Counted from the stretch's first letter, positions 9,445-18,345 are shown. The stretch: 64,000 nucleotides of DNA from Methanobacteriota archaeon (GCA_012729095.1 JAAYDU010000028.1:4260-68259), one strand, 5' to 3'. Notes: generated by a model not told the origin, from the sequence alone. A program made the numbers and translations.

Positions 9445-10299
9445 ATGGAACACGATACGGACGCGGGTGCCCCTCGCCAGGCGAGGATGGTGGTGGTCAA
9501 GTTCGGGGGCTCATCCATCGGGGGAATGGAACAGATAGACCACTTCGCCAGGCAGATAGCCGAGCTCAAGGGGCGCGGTCTGACCCCGGTGGTGCTTCAC
9601 GGTGGCGGTCCGGAGATCACCGAGGAGATGAAGCGGTGCGGCCTTCCGGTGTCCAAGGTGGCCGGGCTTCGCATAACGGACGACACGACCCTCCAGATTG
9701 CCAAATCCGTTCTGTCCCGCATCAACGACCGGGTCGTGGTCTCTCTGCGGAAGGCAGGCCTGAAATGCATCGGGGTGGCGGGGAGCGAGGCCGACACCCT
9801 CGTTGCGAGGAAGATGCCTCCCGTCAAGGTGGAGGGGCCGAACGGGAGCGGGGAGGTGGACCTGGGCCATGTCGGGGAGGTGATCAGGACCGATCCCCGA
9901 CTGGTGAACGCCCTTTGCGACAAGGGCTTCGTGCCAGTCGTATACTCTATATGCGCCGACGATGCCGGCATGCTTATGAACGTGAACGCTGACACCGCCG
10001 CTGCCGCGTTGGCGGCCGGCTTGGGAGCGTCCGACATGGTACTGGTCACCGAGGTGCCCGGGGTGCTCCGGGTGTTCGGGGACCCCGGCTCCACCATAGG
10101 CGATATCAGGGAGTCGGACCTGGGGCCGCTGACCTCGTCCGGCATACTCAAGGACGGGATGATACCCAAGGTGGACGCCTGCTTCATCGCCCTTCGGGGA
10201 GGGGTGGGCACCGCGCACATAATTTGCGGAACGACCCCCAACTCCATCGTGGACCAGCTGTTCAGCGGCAAGAACACGGGAACTAGGTTGACACTGTGA
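9445..10299 (+). CDS. argB: Acetylglutamate kinase
   Basis: 'VVKFGGSS' and 'VVLHGGGPEI' amino-acid kinase motifs. It starts 4 nt after argJ. Confidence 0.9.
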   Translation: MEHDTDAGAPRQARMVVVKFGGSSIGGMEQIDHFARQIAELKGRGLTPVVLHGGGPEITEEMKRCGLPVSKVAGLRITDDTTLQIAKSVLSRINDRVVVSLRKAGLKCIGVAGSEADTLVARKMPPVKVEGPNGSGEVDLGHVGEVIRTDPRLVNALCDKGFVPVVYSICADDAGMLMNVNADTAAAALAAGLGASDMVLVTEVPGVLRVFGDPGSTIGDIRESDLGPLTSSGILKDGMIPKVDACFIALRGGVGTAHIICGTTPNSIVDQLFSGKNTGTRLTL

Positions 10300-10308
10300 G
10301 GTTATGAA

Positions 10309-11484
10309 ATGGACAGCAAACAGGTAGCGGAACTGGGCACTTACTATCTATTCCAGAACTACGGGCGCGAGGCCCTGTGCTTCTCCCACGGGAGGGGGGA
10401 GCACCTATGGGACCTGGAAGGGAACGAGTACACAGACTATGTGGCCGGTATCGCGGTGAACTGTCTCGGTCACGCCCACCCGGAGCTGGTCAGGGCCATA
10501 TCGGAGCAGGCGGCCAGGCTCATCCACGTGTCCAATCTTTACCAAGTGCAGGAGCAGGCGGACCTGGGGGAGGCCCTGGCTTCCATAGCCCCCTCCTCTC
10601 TCGGACGCTCCCTGTTCTGCAATAGCGGGGCGGAGGCCAACGAGGCAGCTCTCAAGCTGGCCGTGAAGCACACAGGTCGCGACAAGGTGATCGCCTGCCG
10701 CAACTCCTTCCATGGAAGGACATCGGCCACGCTTTCCGTCACCGGCCAGGAGAGATACCAAAAGGGCTTCGAGGCCCTGCTCTCAAGGAACGTGGAGTTC
10801 GTCGGTTTCAACTCCGTCGAGGAAGTGAAGTCCAAGCTGAACGGGAACACCGCCGCGGTCATCGTGGAACCGGTGCAGGGGGAGGGAGGGGTGATACCCG
10901 CCGAGCGCGAGTACTTCCGCACCGTCCGGGACCTCTGCACCGACACCGGGGCGCTGATGATCGTGGACGAGGTGCAGACCGGCATGGGTCGCACTGGCAA
11001 GTGGTTCGGGTTCCAGCATTTCGGCGTCGTGCCGGACATAATATCGCTGGCCAAGGCCCTGGGCGGGGGTGTGCCCATCGGCGCCATCATGGCATCGCCC
11101 GAGGTGGCCAAGAGCTTCACTCCCGGCACGCACGGGACGACGTTCGGCGGCAATCCGCTGGTCTGCGCAGCGGCCAATGCGGTGATCCGCACCTTGAGGA
11201 AGGAAGGCCTGGTGGAGAGGGCGGCCGAGACCGGGGAACGCTGGATGGGCGAGCTCAGGTCCATCGCCTCCCACCGTCCCGAGGTGGCGGAAGTGCGCGG
11301 CCTCGGTCTGATGATAGGGGTGGAGATGGGGGACATGGCCAAGGAGTTCCAGAGGTTCGCCCTGGGCAAGAGGCTCCTGGTGAACGTCAGTGCCGGAAAG
11401 GTCGTGCGCCTGGTGCCCCCTCTGCTGATCTCGGAGGCGGCCATCGCCAAGCTGAACGCCGCCATGCGGGAGTTTCTCAAATGA
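10309..11484 (+). CDS. argD: Acetylornithine aminotransferase (class-III PLP aminotransferase)
   Basis: 'FCNSGAEANEAALKLA', 'DEVQTGMGRTGKWF' and 'LAKALGGGVPIGA' (PLP-Lys) motifs, plus its position in the arg operon. Confidence 0.85.
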   Translation: MDSKQVAELGTYYLFQNYGREALCFSHGRGEHLWDLEGNEYTDYVAGIAVNCLGHAHPELVRAISEQAARLIHVSNLYQVQEQADLGEALASIAPSSLGRSLFCNSGAEANEAALKLAVKHTGRDKVIACRNSFHGRTSATLSVTGQERYQKGFEALLSRNVEFVGFNSVEEVKSKLNGNTAAVIVEPVQGEGGVIPAEREYFRTVRDLCTDTGALMIVDEVQTGMGRTGKWFGFQHFGVVPDIISLAKALGGGVPIGAIMASPEVAKSFTPGTHGTTFGGNPLVCAAANAVIRTLRKEGLVERAAETGERWMGELRSIASHRPEVAEVRGLGLMIGVEMGDMAKEFQRFALGKRLLVNVSAGKVVRLVPPLLISEAAIAKLNAAMREFLK

Positions 11485-11533
11485 AAATGTCTGAAATAAA
11501 ACAATAAATATTCAGCCGTAGATATCAGGTCCA

Positions 11534-12220
11534 ATGAAGGAAGCCCCTCAAAAGGAGAGCGTGGCCGAGCGGACCCGGGCATACATAGACGCGCATCCCT
11601 CGGTCAAGGACTGCATGGCCAAGGACCTTATCAACTATTCATCCCTGGCCAGGATGATAATGAAGGAACTGGGCATCAAGAACGAGGAGGCTGTCATGAT
11701 AGCCTGCCGCCGCTACGCCCAGAAGCTCTCCAAGCGAGACCACGAGGGGGACATCCTGTCGATCCTGGCCGACAGCCGCCTGGAGGTTAAGACCAAGATA
11801 TGCATCGTCACCGCCAACAACAACTGGACGGTGCTGCAGCGTCTGGAAAAGCTGTTCGCCAAGCTCATCAACCAGAAGGCGCTGATGCAGGTGATCCAGG
11901 GGGCGCAGGCGATCACCATCATCGCCGACGAGAAGCTGAGGAACGAGGTGGTGAACGAGGTGGGGGAGACCAATGTCCTCAAGGTGCGCGAGGACCTGGT
12001 GGAGATCACCGTGAAAAGCCCTCAGAAGATAGGGGACACCAGCGGTGTTTTCTCCTACCTCGCCTCCAACCTTTCCGAGCAAGGGGTGAACATGGTGGAG
12101 ACCGTCTCCTGTCACACTGACACCATCTTCATCGTCAACGACAAGGACATGATACAGGCGTACTCTCTTCTGTCCAACCTTCTGGAGAGCGCGGAGAGGG
12201 CCACTGAGGTCCGCTGCTGA
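11534..12220 (+). CDS. ACT-domain protein, predicted amino-acid-metabolism regulator (COG2150-like)
   Basis: 228-aa ORF. The N-terminal helical region is followed by two segments with an ACT-like beta-alpha-beta pattern ('ICIVTANN...', 'SGVFSYLASNLSEQGVNMVETVSC'). Family assignment is by eye only. Confidence 0.55.
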   Translation: MKEAPQKESVAERTRAYIDAHPSVKDCMAKDLINYSSLARMIMKELGIKNEEAVMIACRRYAQKLSKRDHEGDILSILADSRLEVKTKICIVTANNNWTVLQRLEKLFAKLINQKALMQVIQGAQAITIIADEKLRNEVVNEVGETNVLKVREDLVEITVKSPQKIGDTSGVFSYLASNLSEQGVNMVETVSCHTDTIFIVNDKDMIQAYSLLSNLLESAERATEVRC

Positions 12221-12262
12221 GCCTCAAAACCCATTTATGGGTTGAAGCCCTACTGCTGGGTG

Positions 12263-13615
12263 ATGAGAGACGCTTCAGGAGGCCCTGTGCCTAACATCAG
12301 AACCGATATTCCTGGCCCCAAGGGCAAGGCCATTGTGGAGATGGACGACAGATACCTGGCGACGGTCACCAAGTCCGCGCCGTTGGCCGTGGAACGGGCC
12401 CAGAACGAGAAGGTGTGGGACGTCGACGGAAACCTCTTCCTTGATTTCGCCAGCGGTGTGGCGGTGATGAACATAGGCCACTGCCATCCCGCGGTGGTCA
12501 AGGCCGTACAGGAACAGGCGGCCAAGGTCATGCACTTTGCCGGCACCGACTATTATTACGACGTTCAATCCCGCCTGGTGGAGAGGTTGGCCAAGCTGGC
12601 GCCCGGTGCCGGCGAGAAGAAGGTCTTCCTGAGCAACAGCGGGGCCGAGAGCATCGAGGCCGCTATGAAGCTCGCCAGGTGGTCCACCGGCCGCAAGCAG
12701 TTCGTGGCCTTCCTCGGAGCGTTCCACGGCAGGACCCTGGGGGCAGTGTCCCTCACCTGCAGCAAGAGGGTGCACCGGGCCAAGTACTTCCCTACCGTGC
12801 CCGGGGTGACGCACATCCCTTATGCCAACTGCTATCGCTGCCCGTATCACCTGGAGTACCCGTCCTGTGGCCTGTGGTGCGCCAAGATATTCGACGAGGT
12901 GTACCTGGACGCCCTGCTGTCCCCGGACGAGGTGGCAGCTCTTTTCTTCGAGCCGGTGCAGGGCGAGGGCGGTTACATCGTGCCGCCTAAGGAGTTCCTT
13001 CCCGAGCTTTCCAAGATATGCCGCTCCCATGGCATCCTGACCGTAGACGATGAGGTGCAGGCGGGCATGGGACGCACCGGCAAGATGTGGGCGGCCGAGC
13101 ACTTCGGGCTGTCCCCGGACGTCACGTGCATGGCCAAATCCCTGGGATCGGGAATGCCAATAGCGGCCACGGTGTTCCGCAAGGAGCTGGACTGGGGTGT
13201 TCCCGGAGCCCATTCCAACACCTACGGCGGCAACTGCGTGGCCTGCGCCAGCTCGCTAGCGTCCCTGGACGTCATCGAGAAAGAGAACGTGGTGGAGCAG
13301 GCCGCCCGCAAGGGCGTTCAGATGCAGAAGCGACTGGAGGAGATCAAGGGCCGTTTCGAGAGCGTGGGGGACGTTCGCGGGCTGGGCATGATGAGGGCCC
13401 TCGAATTCGTGGAGGACCGCAGGACCAAGGTGCCCGCCGTCAAGATGAGGAACGACATAGTCTCCGCTCTGCTGAGGAGGGGGGTCATCGCCCTGGGATG
13501 CGGCAAGTCAAGCATACGGCTCATTCCCCCTCTGACCATAAGCGAGGAGAACCTGGATACCGGCATGCACATCCTGGAGGAGAGCATATCGGAAGTGGTG
13601 AAGGACAGGGCATGA
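12263..13615 (+). CDS. Class-III PLP aminotransferase, 4-aminobutyrate/omega-amino-acid aminotransferase-like
   Basis: 'DIPGPKG', 'LSNSGAESIEAAMKLAR', 'DDEVQAGMGRTGKMWA' and 'MAKSLGSGMPIAA' motifs. ATG 12263 is preferred over TTG 12242. Confidence 0.8.
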   Translation: MRDASGGPVPNIRTDIPGPKGKAIVEMDDRYLATVTKSAPLAVERAQNEKVWDVDGNLFLDFASGVAVMNIGHCHPAVVKAVQEQAAKVMHFAGTDYYYDVQSRLVERLAKLAPGAGEKKVFLSNSGAESIEAAMKLARWSTGRKQFVAFLGAFHGRTLGAVSLTCSKRVHRAKYFPTVPGVTHIPYANCYRCPYHLEYPSCGLWCAKIFDEVYLDALLSPDEVAALFFEPVQGEGGYIVPPKEFLPELSKICRSHGILTVDDEVQAGMGRTGKMWAAEHFGLSPDVTCMAKSLGSGMPIAATVFRKELDWGVPGAHSNTYGGNCVACASSLASLDVIEKENVVEQAARKGVQMQKRLEEIKGRFESVGDVRGLGMMRALEFVEDRRTKVPAVKMRNDIVSALLRRGVIALGCGKSSIRLIPPLTISEENLDTGMHILEESISEVVKDRA

Positions 13616-13965
13616 AGCATTTTCCAAGGACGGGCTACAAGGAGGTCTCCGGGGACGGCTATCTGAAAAGGATAGTCGTTGAGGGCAAGGACATAGGGAT
13701 CAAGGACTCCCTGGTACAGGAGGTGCAGTTCACCGCCGGGGAGAAGGTGCCCTTTCACTTCCACCAGGCCACGCGGGAGGTGTTCTATTGCCTTGTCGGA
13801 CCGGCGCCCTTCGTCATCAACGGTCAGCAGGTGGTGATGAACGAGGGGGACTGCCTGGTATGCGAGCCCGGTGATGTGCACGGCAATCCTGTCGTGGAGA
13901 ACGACTTCCGCATACTGGTGCTCAAGGTGGGGTTCAAGGAGCACGACACGGTCTGGTTGGACTGA
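13612..13965 (+). CDS. Cupin-domain protein (117 aa)
   Basis: 'FHFHQATREVFYCLVG...GDCLVCEPGDVHG' two-motif cupin pattern. The ATG overlaps the aminotransferase stop (ATGA at 13612-13615). The long upstream part of track ORF 13087.. is out of frame with that gene. Confidence 0.7.
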   Translation: MKHFPRTGYKEVSGDGYLKRIVVEGKDIGIKDSLVQEVQFTAGEKVPFHFHQATREVFYCLVGPAPFVINGQQVVMNEGDCLVCEPGDVHGNPVVENDFRILVLKVGFKEHDTVWLD

Positions 13966-13984
13966 TGCCCGGTCAACGGATTCC

Positions 13985-14375
13985 CGGTGCGCGCGGTGCA
14001 GCGCATCAAGCCCTAAGGGATCGCGGAGCACTGCCAGGAGCCCGAGCTCAACGCGATCGGCCTTGATCGGATCGCCGGAGAATGCGCTGCAAAGCACCGG
14101 GCGCACACGGGTCTCCGGCCTAACAAGCTCCTCCAAGTTCATTCTCAGGAGAACGTCACCAGCGTCCGCGACGGCCCCCGGTCCCGCTCCGCCGCGCCCT
14201 CGATCGCATTCAGATGCTTGGCCAGGCTCTCGGGCCCAGGCACATCTCTCCGACCTCCAACATGTCCTACTATGGCGGTCAGGGTATCGTTGAGGTCGTG
14301 GGCCAGCCCGGCCGCCAGGTTGCCTCCGGACCGCAGGCGCACCAGCTGGGACGAGGGCATTCCCCGCCGCATCAT
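13985..14375 (-). pseudogene. Histidine-kinase remnant (HisKA H-box plus start of the ATPase domain), frameshifted and truncated
   Basis: ORF 14145..14375 encodes 'LAAGLAHDLNDTLTAIVGHV...AIEGAAERDRGPSRTLVTFS' (H-box and following helix). The expected continuation 'MNLEELVRPETRVRPVL...IKADRVELGLLAVL' appears in a different frame from ~14145 downwards. There is no sensor domain and no complete HATPase domain. Confidence 0.5.
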
Positions 14376-14488
14376 CCTTTGATACGGCTTGGATCCCTGC
14401 GGGAAAGGATGGTTTTGCGGTCTCTCCTGACCGGGGCATATCCAATCGAAAATGTAAAATCGGAAATATCCGCGAAAAGGTCCTGAGA

Positions 14489-14564
14489 TGGAGCCACCAG
14501 GGAGATTTGAACTCCCGGCCTGCTGATTACAAGTCAGCCGCTCTACCAGCTGAGCTATGGTGGC
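14489..14564 (-). tRNA. tRNA-Thr (anticodon UGU), CCA encoded
   Basis: Hand-folded cloverleaf. Acceptor GCCACCA/TGGTGGC, U8, D-stem GCTC/GAGC with GG, anticodon stem GCTGA/TCAGC, loop CTTGTAA, T-arm GGGAG-TTCAAAT-CTCCC, discriminator U, then CCA. Confidence 0.9.
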
Positions 14565-14716
14565 CTTTCATCTGGAACGGCGTTCTGGATTTAACCGTTT
14601 TTACGCCTAGCCCGAGGCCGCGTTCCGGCAAGGGCGCCGTATGGGAACGAAAATCGTAGAAATGGTATTGATTTAACGAAATAATAGACATTCAACGGTG
14701 CGAGGTCGAACAATCA

Positions 14717-14726
14717 TTTTATAAAT
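14717..14726 (+). promoter_or_regulatory. TATA-box-like element upstream of the acetate-channel gene
   Basis: TTTTATAAAT lies ~30 nt upstream of the predicted start at 14756 in an A/T-rich spacer. Confidence 0.35.
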
Positions 14727-14755
14727 CCATCCTTTACGGAACGAGCGGTGGAGAA

Positions 14756-15352
14756 TTGACCGCCCAAAAGAATGAAAGGACCGAGAACCGCGTAGTGATC
14801 GATCGCACCGCCAACCCAGCTCCCTTGGGGCTATTGGGGTTCGGCATGACCACGGTGCTGCTCAACCTTCACAACGCGGACCTGATCAGCATGAGCAGCG
14901 TCATCCTTTCAATGGGCATATTCTACGGTGGTCTGGCACAGGTCATGGCGGGGATCATGGAATGGAAGAAGGGCAACACATTCGGGACCACCGCCTTCAC
15001 CTCCTACGGGCTTTTCTGGTTCTCATTGGTCGGACTTCTGGTCCTGCCGGAGATGGGCATCGGCGAGCCAACTGAAAAGGCGGCCATGGGCTTCTATCTC
15101 CTGCTGTGGGGCGTGTTCACCGTTTTCATGTTCATAGGGACCCTGAGAATGAACCGGGCCACCCAGTTCGTGTTCTCCTCACTGGCCTTGCTGTTCTTCA
15201 TGCTCGCCCTGGGCGATTTCACCGGAGTGGCCGCCATCACCGTCGTCGGCGGCCTGATCGGGCTGGTGTGCGGTTCCTCGGCCATATATACCGCCCTGGC
15301 CACGGTGCTCAACGGGGTATACCAGAAGAGCGTGCTCCCTCTGGGCGAATGA
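14756..15352 (+). CDS. satP: GPR1/FUN34/YaaH-family acetate/succinate channel
   Basis: '[22 protein letters not shown]' signature and six hydrophobic helices. TTG start. Confidence 0.8.
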   Translation: MTAQKNERTENRVVIDRTANPAPLGLLGFGMTTVLLNLHNADLISMSSVILSMGIFYGGLAQVMAGIMEWKKGNTFGTTAFTSYGLFWFSLVGLLVLPEMGIGEPTEKAAMGFYLLLWGVFTVFMFIGTLRMNRATQFVFSSLALLFFMLALGDFTGVAAITVVGGLIGLVCGSSAIYTALATVLNGVYQKSVLPLGE

Positions 15353-15492
15353 ACGTTCGGCGGAACTCCCTGTACCATTCGAACCACGGGGCGCGCTCCC
15401 CGTCACATCCCCCGTCGAAAAATTAGGAACCGTTAAATCGGGCGCGCAGGTATAGGCCATCTCATAAATAGAACGGCCAGGTGATCATTATC

Positions 15493-16611
15493 ATGGACAA
15501 GGACTCGTGGAAATTCCTGCGAACATTATGCGACATGCCCGGACCCTCCGGGTTCGAGCTCGAAGTTACCAGGGCATTGAAGGGATACGTGGAAGGGTAC
15601 TGCGACCGGGCGTACTCGGACAAGCTGGGTAACACCATGTTCGAAAAGGTGGGCAGCAAGGACGGCCCCGTAGTACTGCTGGCCGGTCACGCCGATGAGT
15701 GCGGTTTCATAATAACCGGCGTGAACCCCCAAGGTTACCTGGCCTTCAGCCAACTGGGCGGGTGGCACGACCAGGTCCTGCTGGGGCAGCGGGTGCTGGT
15801 GCACACCAGGGAAGGCGTCGTCAACGGCGTCATCGCCTGCAAGCCCCCTCATCTAATGGAGCCCGAAGAGGCCAAGAAGGTCGTTACCAAGGACAAGATG
15901 TTCATCGACGTGGGGGCCTCCAGCAAGGAGGAGGCCGAGGCCATGGGGGTGCGACTGGGGGACGCGGTCACCCCGGACTCCAAGATGTTCACGGTGGTGA
16001 AGCAGGCGTTCAGGGAAGGGAAGCCCGCCGGGAAGCGCACCATCGCCTTCGGCAAGGCATTCGACAATCGATTGGGGGCCTTCGCGTCAGTGGAGCTGCT
16101 GAAGGTCTTGAAGAAAAGGGACATTAAGCATCCCAACAAGCTGGTGGCGGCGGCCACGGTTCAGGAGGAGGTCGGGCTTCGCGGCGCCAAGACCGTGGCG
16201 GCCTCCGTCAACCCCGATGTGGCGATAGTCCTCGATGTGGACATAGCTGGCGATGTTCCGGGGATCGACCCTCTCCAGGCCCCGGCCCGCATGGGAGAGG
16301 GCGTGTCCATAACGGTCTACGATGGAACCATGATCCCCAACCAGCCGCTCAAGGAGCTGGTGATATCCATATGCGAGAAGAAGAACATACCGCACCAGCT
16401 GGCCTACGTGGTCAGAGGGGGAACCGACGGGGGGTCCATCCACACGTCCCTTACCGGTGTGCCCACCATAGTCATCGGGGTTCCCACCCGGCACATTCAC
16501 TCCCACGTGGGGCTGTTCGACACGGCCGATCTGGAGTCGTACATGATGCTGCTCGTGGAACTGGCCAAGGCACTCGACCGAAGCACGGTGGACTCGCTCA
16601 CCTCCGTCTGA
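15493..16611 (+). CDS. M42-family metallo-aminopeptidase (TET/FrvX/CelM-like)
   Basis: 'LCDMPGPSGFE', 'LLAGHADECGF', 'AFDNRLG' and 'VQEEVGLRGA' motifs. ATG 15493 is preferred over GTG 15481. Confidence 0.85.
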   Translation: MDKDSWKFLRTLCDMPGPSGFELEVTRALKGYVEGYCDRAYSDKLGNTMFEKVGSKDGPVVLLAGHADECGFIITGVNPQGYLAFSQLGGWHDQVLLGQRVLVHTREGVVNGVIACKPPHLMEPEEAKKVVTKDKMFIDVGASSKEEAEAMGVRLGDAVTPDSKMFTVVKQAFREGKPAGKRTIAFGKAFDNRLGAFASVELLKVLKKRDIKHPNKLVAAATVQEEVGLRGAKTVAASVNPDVAIVLDVDIAGDVPGIDPLQAPARMGEGVSITVYDGTMIPNQPLKELVISICEKKNIPHQLAYVVRGGTDGGSIHTSLTGVPTIVIGVPTRHIHSHVGLFDTADLESYMMLLVELAKALDRSTVDSLTSV

Positions 16612-17314
16612 GGGTCCCCCTCCCCTCCGGCCGCTCGCCGCCGTCCGGAAGGGCAGGCCTTGCCGCTGCCAGGCGCCGCCGTTGCGCGTTCGACTCCAGA
16701 AGTTCTTTGGTATACCGCCTGTGGCACTTCGAGCACAGGGTCCTCAGGTTGGCAGGGTGCTCCGTTCCCCCCTGTGACCGGGGAACGATGTGATGTATCT
16801 CGAAGGGAACACGCCGCCCCTTCACATCCACTCCACAATCGGTGCAGCGACCTCCGTCCCGGCGCTTGATGTATCGCCTGATCCGTCTCCATAACCATTT
16901 TCGCACCGGTTCGTAGAGCTCCGACCCCGGCTCGATCGTCAGGTATTCCTCGGTGGTGCCTTCCGGCCTCCAGTCCCTGGTGTCCTTTGAACGGTAGAGC
17001 TCCAGGAACCTGTGCCAGGACCGGCAGGTCTGATAGGCCTGTTCCTCCCGGTGCACCTTCCCGCACGCCTCGCACTGTATCCAGAAGCTCCTCGCCGGTT
17101 CACACTTCAACTTTGGGGACCATTGCCGGAACGGGCATACCTCTGCCATCTCTTCATCGCAGTGAAGGTGCAGGGGCAGATCAAGGTCCCTGTTGCGATC
17201 GTCCCGGAAAAGGGTACGATGTTCCCCGTACCTCTCCCTGGAGCAGTTGTGCAGGTGCATGAGGTAGCAGGGGGAGGGGCGGTTCCTGACCAGACGGTGA
17301 TCGCAGAGCTTCAT
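16598..17314 (-). CDS. HNH endonuclease with an uncharacterised Cys/His-rich N-terminal region
   Basis: C-terminal 'CTDCGVDV...FEIHHIVPRSQGGTEHPANLRTLCSKCH' is a canonical HNH (beta-beta-alpha-Me) motif. The N-terminal ~150 aa is rich in Cys and His with no motif I recognise. Confidence 0.75.
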   Translation of the reverse strand: MKLCDHRLVRNRPSPCYLMHLHNCSRERYGEHRTLFRDDRNRDLDLPLHLHCDEEMAEVCPFRQWSPKLKCEPARSFWIQCEACGKVHREEQAYQTCRSWHRFLELYRSKDTRDWRPEGTTEEYLTIEPGSELYEPVRKWLWRRIRRYIKRRDGGRCTDCGVDVKGRRVPFEIHHIVPRSQGGTEHPANLRTLCSKCHRRYTKELLESNAQRRRLAAARPALPDGGERPEGRGTLRRR

Positions 17315-17489
17315 GGGACCCCCAGCACGATAGGCGCGCCAGTGTCATGGCCATGTCCTAGATGTCTTTTACACCTTTCCCCGGGCCTACCGCGGCTAGC
17401 CGTTCGCATGCCACAGGCCGGGAATGAGGCGCGCTTGCCCTGGCCGAACCAATGGCCATGTTGCCCGGCCGTTCCTGAACGTCCGAAAG

Positions 17490-17497
17490 ATATAAAA
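17490..17497 (+). promoter_or_regulatory. TATA-box-like element upstream of the FKBP gene
   Basis: ATATAAAA lies ~50 nt upstream of ATG 17548. It is the only A/T-rich patch in the spacer. Confidence 0.3.
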
Positions 17498-17547
17498 AGA
17501 GGGAATCAATCAACCAGTTCGCCTAAATAGCATTACTGGTGAATCTC

Positions 17548-18345
17548 ATGACCGATGAATCTTCAACCGTTAAGGTCTCCAAGGGCGACATCGTCCACAT
17601 TGAATATGACGCGTACATAGCCGAGGGCGGAATGCTCTTCGACACCACCGATATGGACAAGGCCAAGGAGGCTGGCATCTTCAATGAGAACCTTACCTAC
17701 AAGCCCATGCCCCTGCTGGTCGGAGGCGGAAGGGTCTTCCCCGGACTGGACGAGGCTCTGGAAGGGGCCGAGGTCGGCGTGAGGACCACCGTGGAGATAC
17801 CCCCGGAGAAGGCTGCCGGGGCCAGGGACCCCAAGCTCGTTGAGAACATCGCCTTGCGCGAGTTCTTCCGCCAGGAGATACGCCCGGAGATCGGCATGGA
17901 GGTCAACATCAAGAACCGCGTGGGCACCGTGGTCACCGTCACCAACAGGATGGTGCGCGTGGACTTCAACCGCCGCTTCGCCGGTTCCGAACTGAAGTAC
18001 GAGTTCACCGTTCTGGACAAGATCGATGGGGACGAGGCCAAGGTTCTGGCGATCTGCGAGATGGACTACGGCACCGCTGAGGGCTTCAGGGCCTTATTCG
18101 CCGATGGTAAGATCTCCCTCTACCTTCCGGACGTGTGCAAGTACGACCAGAAGTGGCTTCTCACCAAGTACAAGATAGTCGCCGACCTGAGGGAGGTTTT
18201 CGGCGCTGTGACCGTGGAACTGGTGGAGGAGTACCTCAAGAAGGAGGACAAGCCCGCCGAAGAGGCTCCCGCCGAGGAAGCCCCAGTAGAAGAGGCTCCT
18301 GCCGAGGAGGCTTCCGCCGAGGAGAAGGCTGAAGAGGAGCTTTAA
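17548..18345 (+). CDS. Long-type archaeal FKBP peptidyl-prolyl isomerase with an acidic Ala/Glu/Pro repeat tail
   Basis: 'GDIVHIEYDAYIAEGGMLFDTT...LLVGGGRVFPGLDEALEGAEVG' FKBP core with an insert-in-flap style middle. The tail is 'PAEEAPAEEAPVEEAPAEEASAEEKAEEEL'. Confidence 0.8.
   Translation: MTDESSTVKVSKGDIVHIEYDAYIAEGGMLFDTTDMDKAKEAGIFNENLTYKPMPLLVGGGRVFPGLDEALEGAEVGVRTTVEIPPEKAAGARDPKLVENIALREFFRQEIRPEIGMEVNIKNRVGTVVTVTNRMVRVDFNRRFAGSELKYEFTVLDKIDGDEAKVLAICEMDYGTAEGFRALFADGKISLYLPDVCKYDQKWLLTKYKIVADLREVFGAVTVELVEEYLKKEDKPAEEAPAEEAPVEEAPAEEASAEEKAEEEL
18253..18339 (+). repeat. Imperfect 15-bp (5-codon) tandem repeat encoding (P/S)AEEA units
   Basis: cccgccgaagaggct / cccgccgaggaagcc / ccagtagaagaggct / cctgccgaggaggct / tccgccgaggagaag, read directly from the sequence. 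Confidence 0.7.

Noticed and set aside
12263-13965. Aminotransferase plus cupin pair as an EctB/EctC (ectoine) module.
   Set aside because: No EctA acetyltransferase is present. The cupin shows only generic two-motif cupin residues, not an EctC-like sequence, and the context is arginine biosynthesis.
13318-14445. 375-aa minus-strand ORF spanning the end of the aminotransferase, the cupin gene and the spacer.
   Set aside because: Most of it is antisense shadow of real plus-strand genes. Only the ~14145-13990 portion carries meaningful (histidine-kinase-like) sequence, and that part is reported as a pseudogene fragment instead.
17315-17480. GC-rich 160-bp spacer upstream of the HNH gene containing CATGGCCATG-type palindromes, considered as a possible structured ncRNA.
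   Set aside because: There are only short self-complementary words and no extended covarying helices or known RNA-family signature. It is more simply the HNH promoter/5' region plus shadow ORF 17012-17530.
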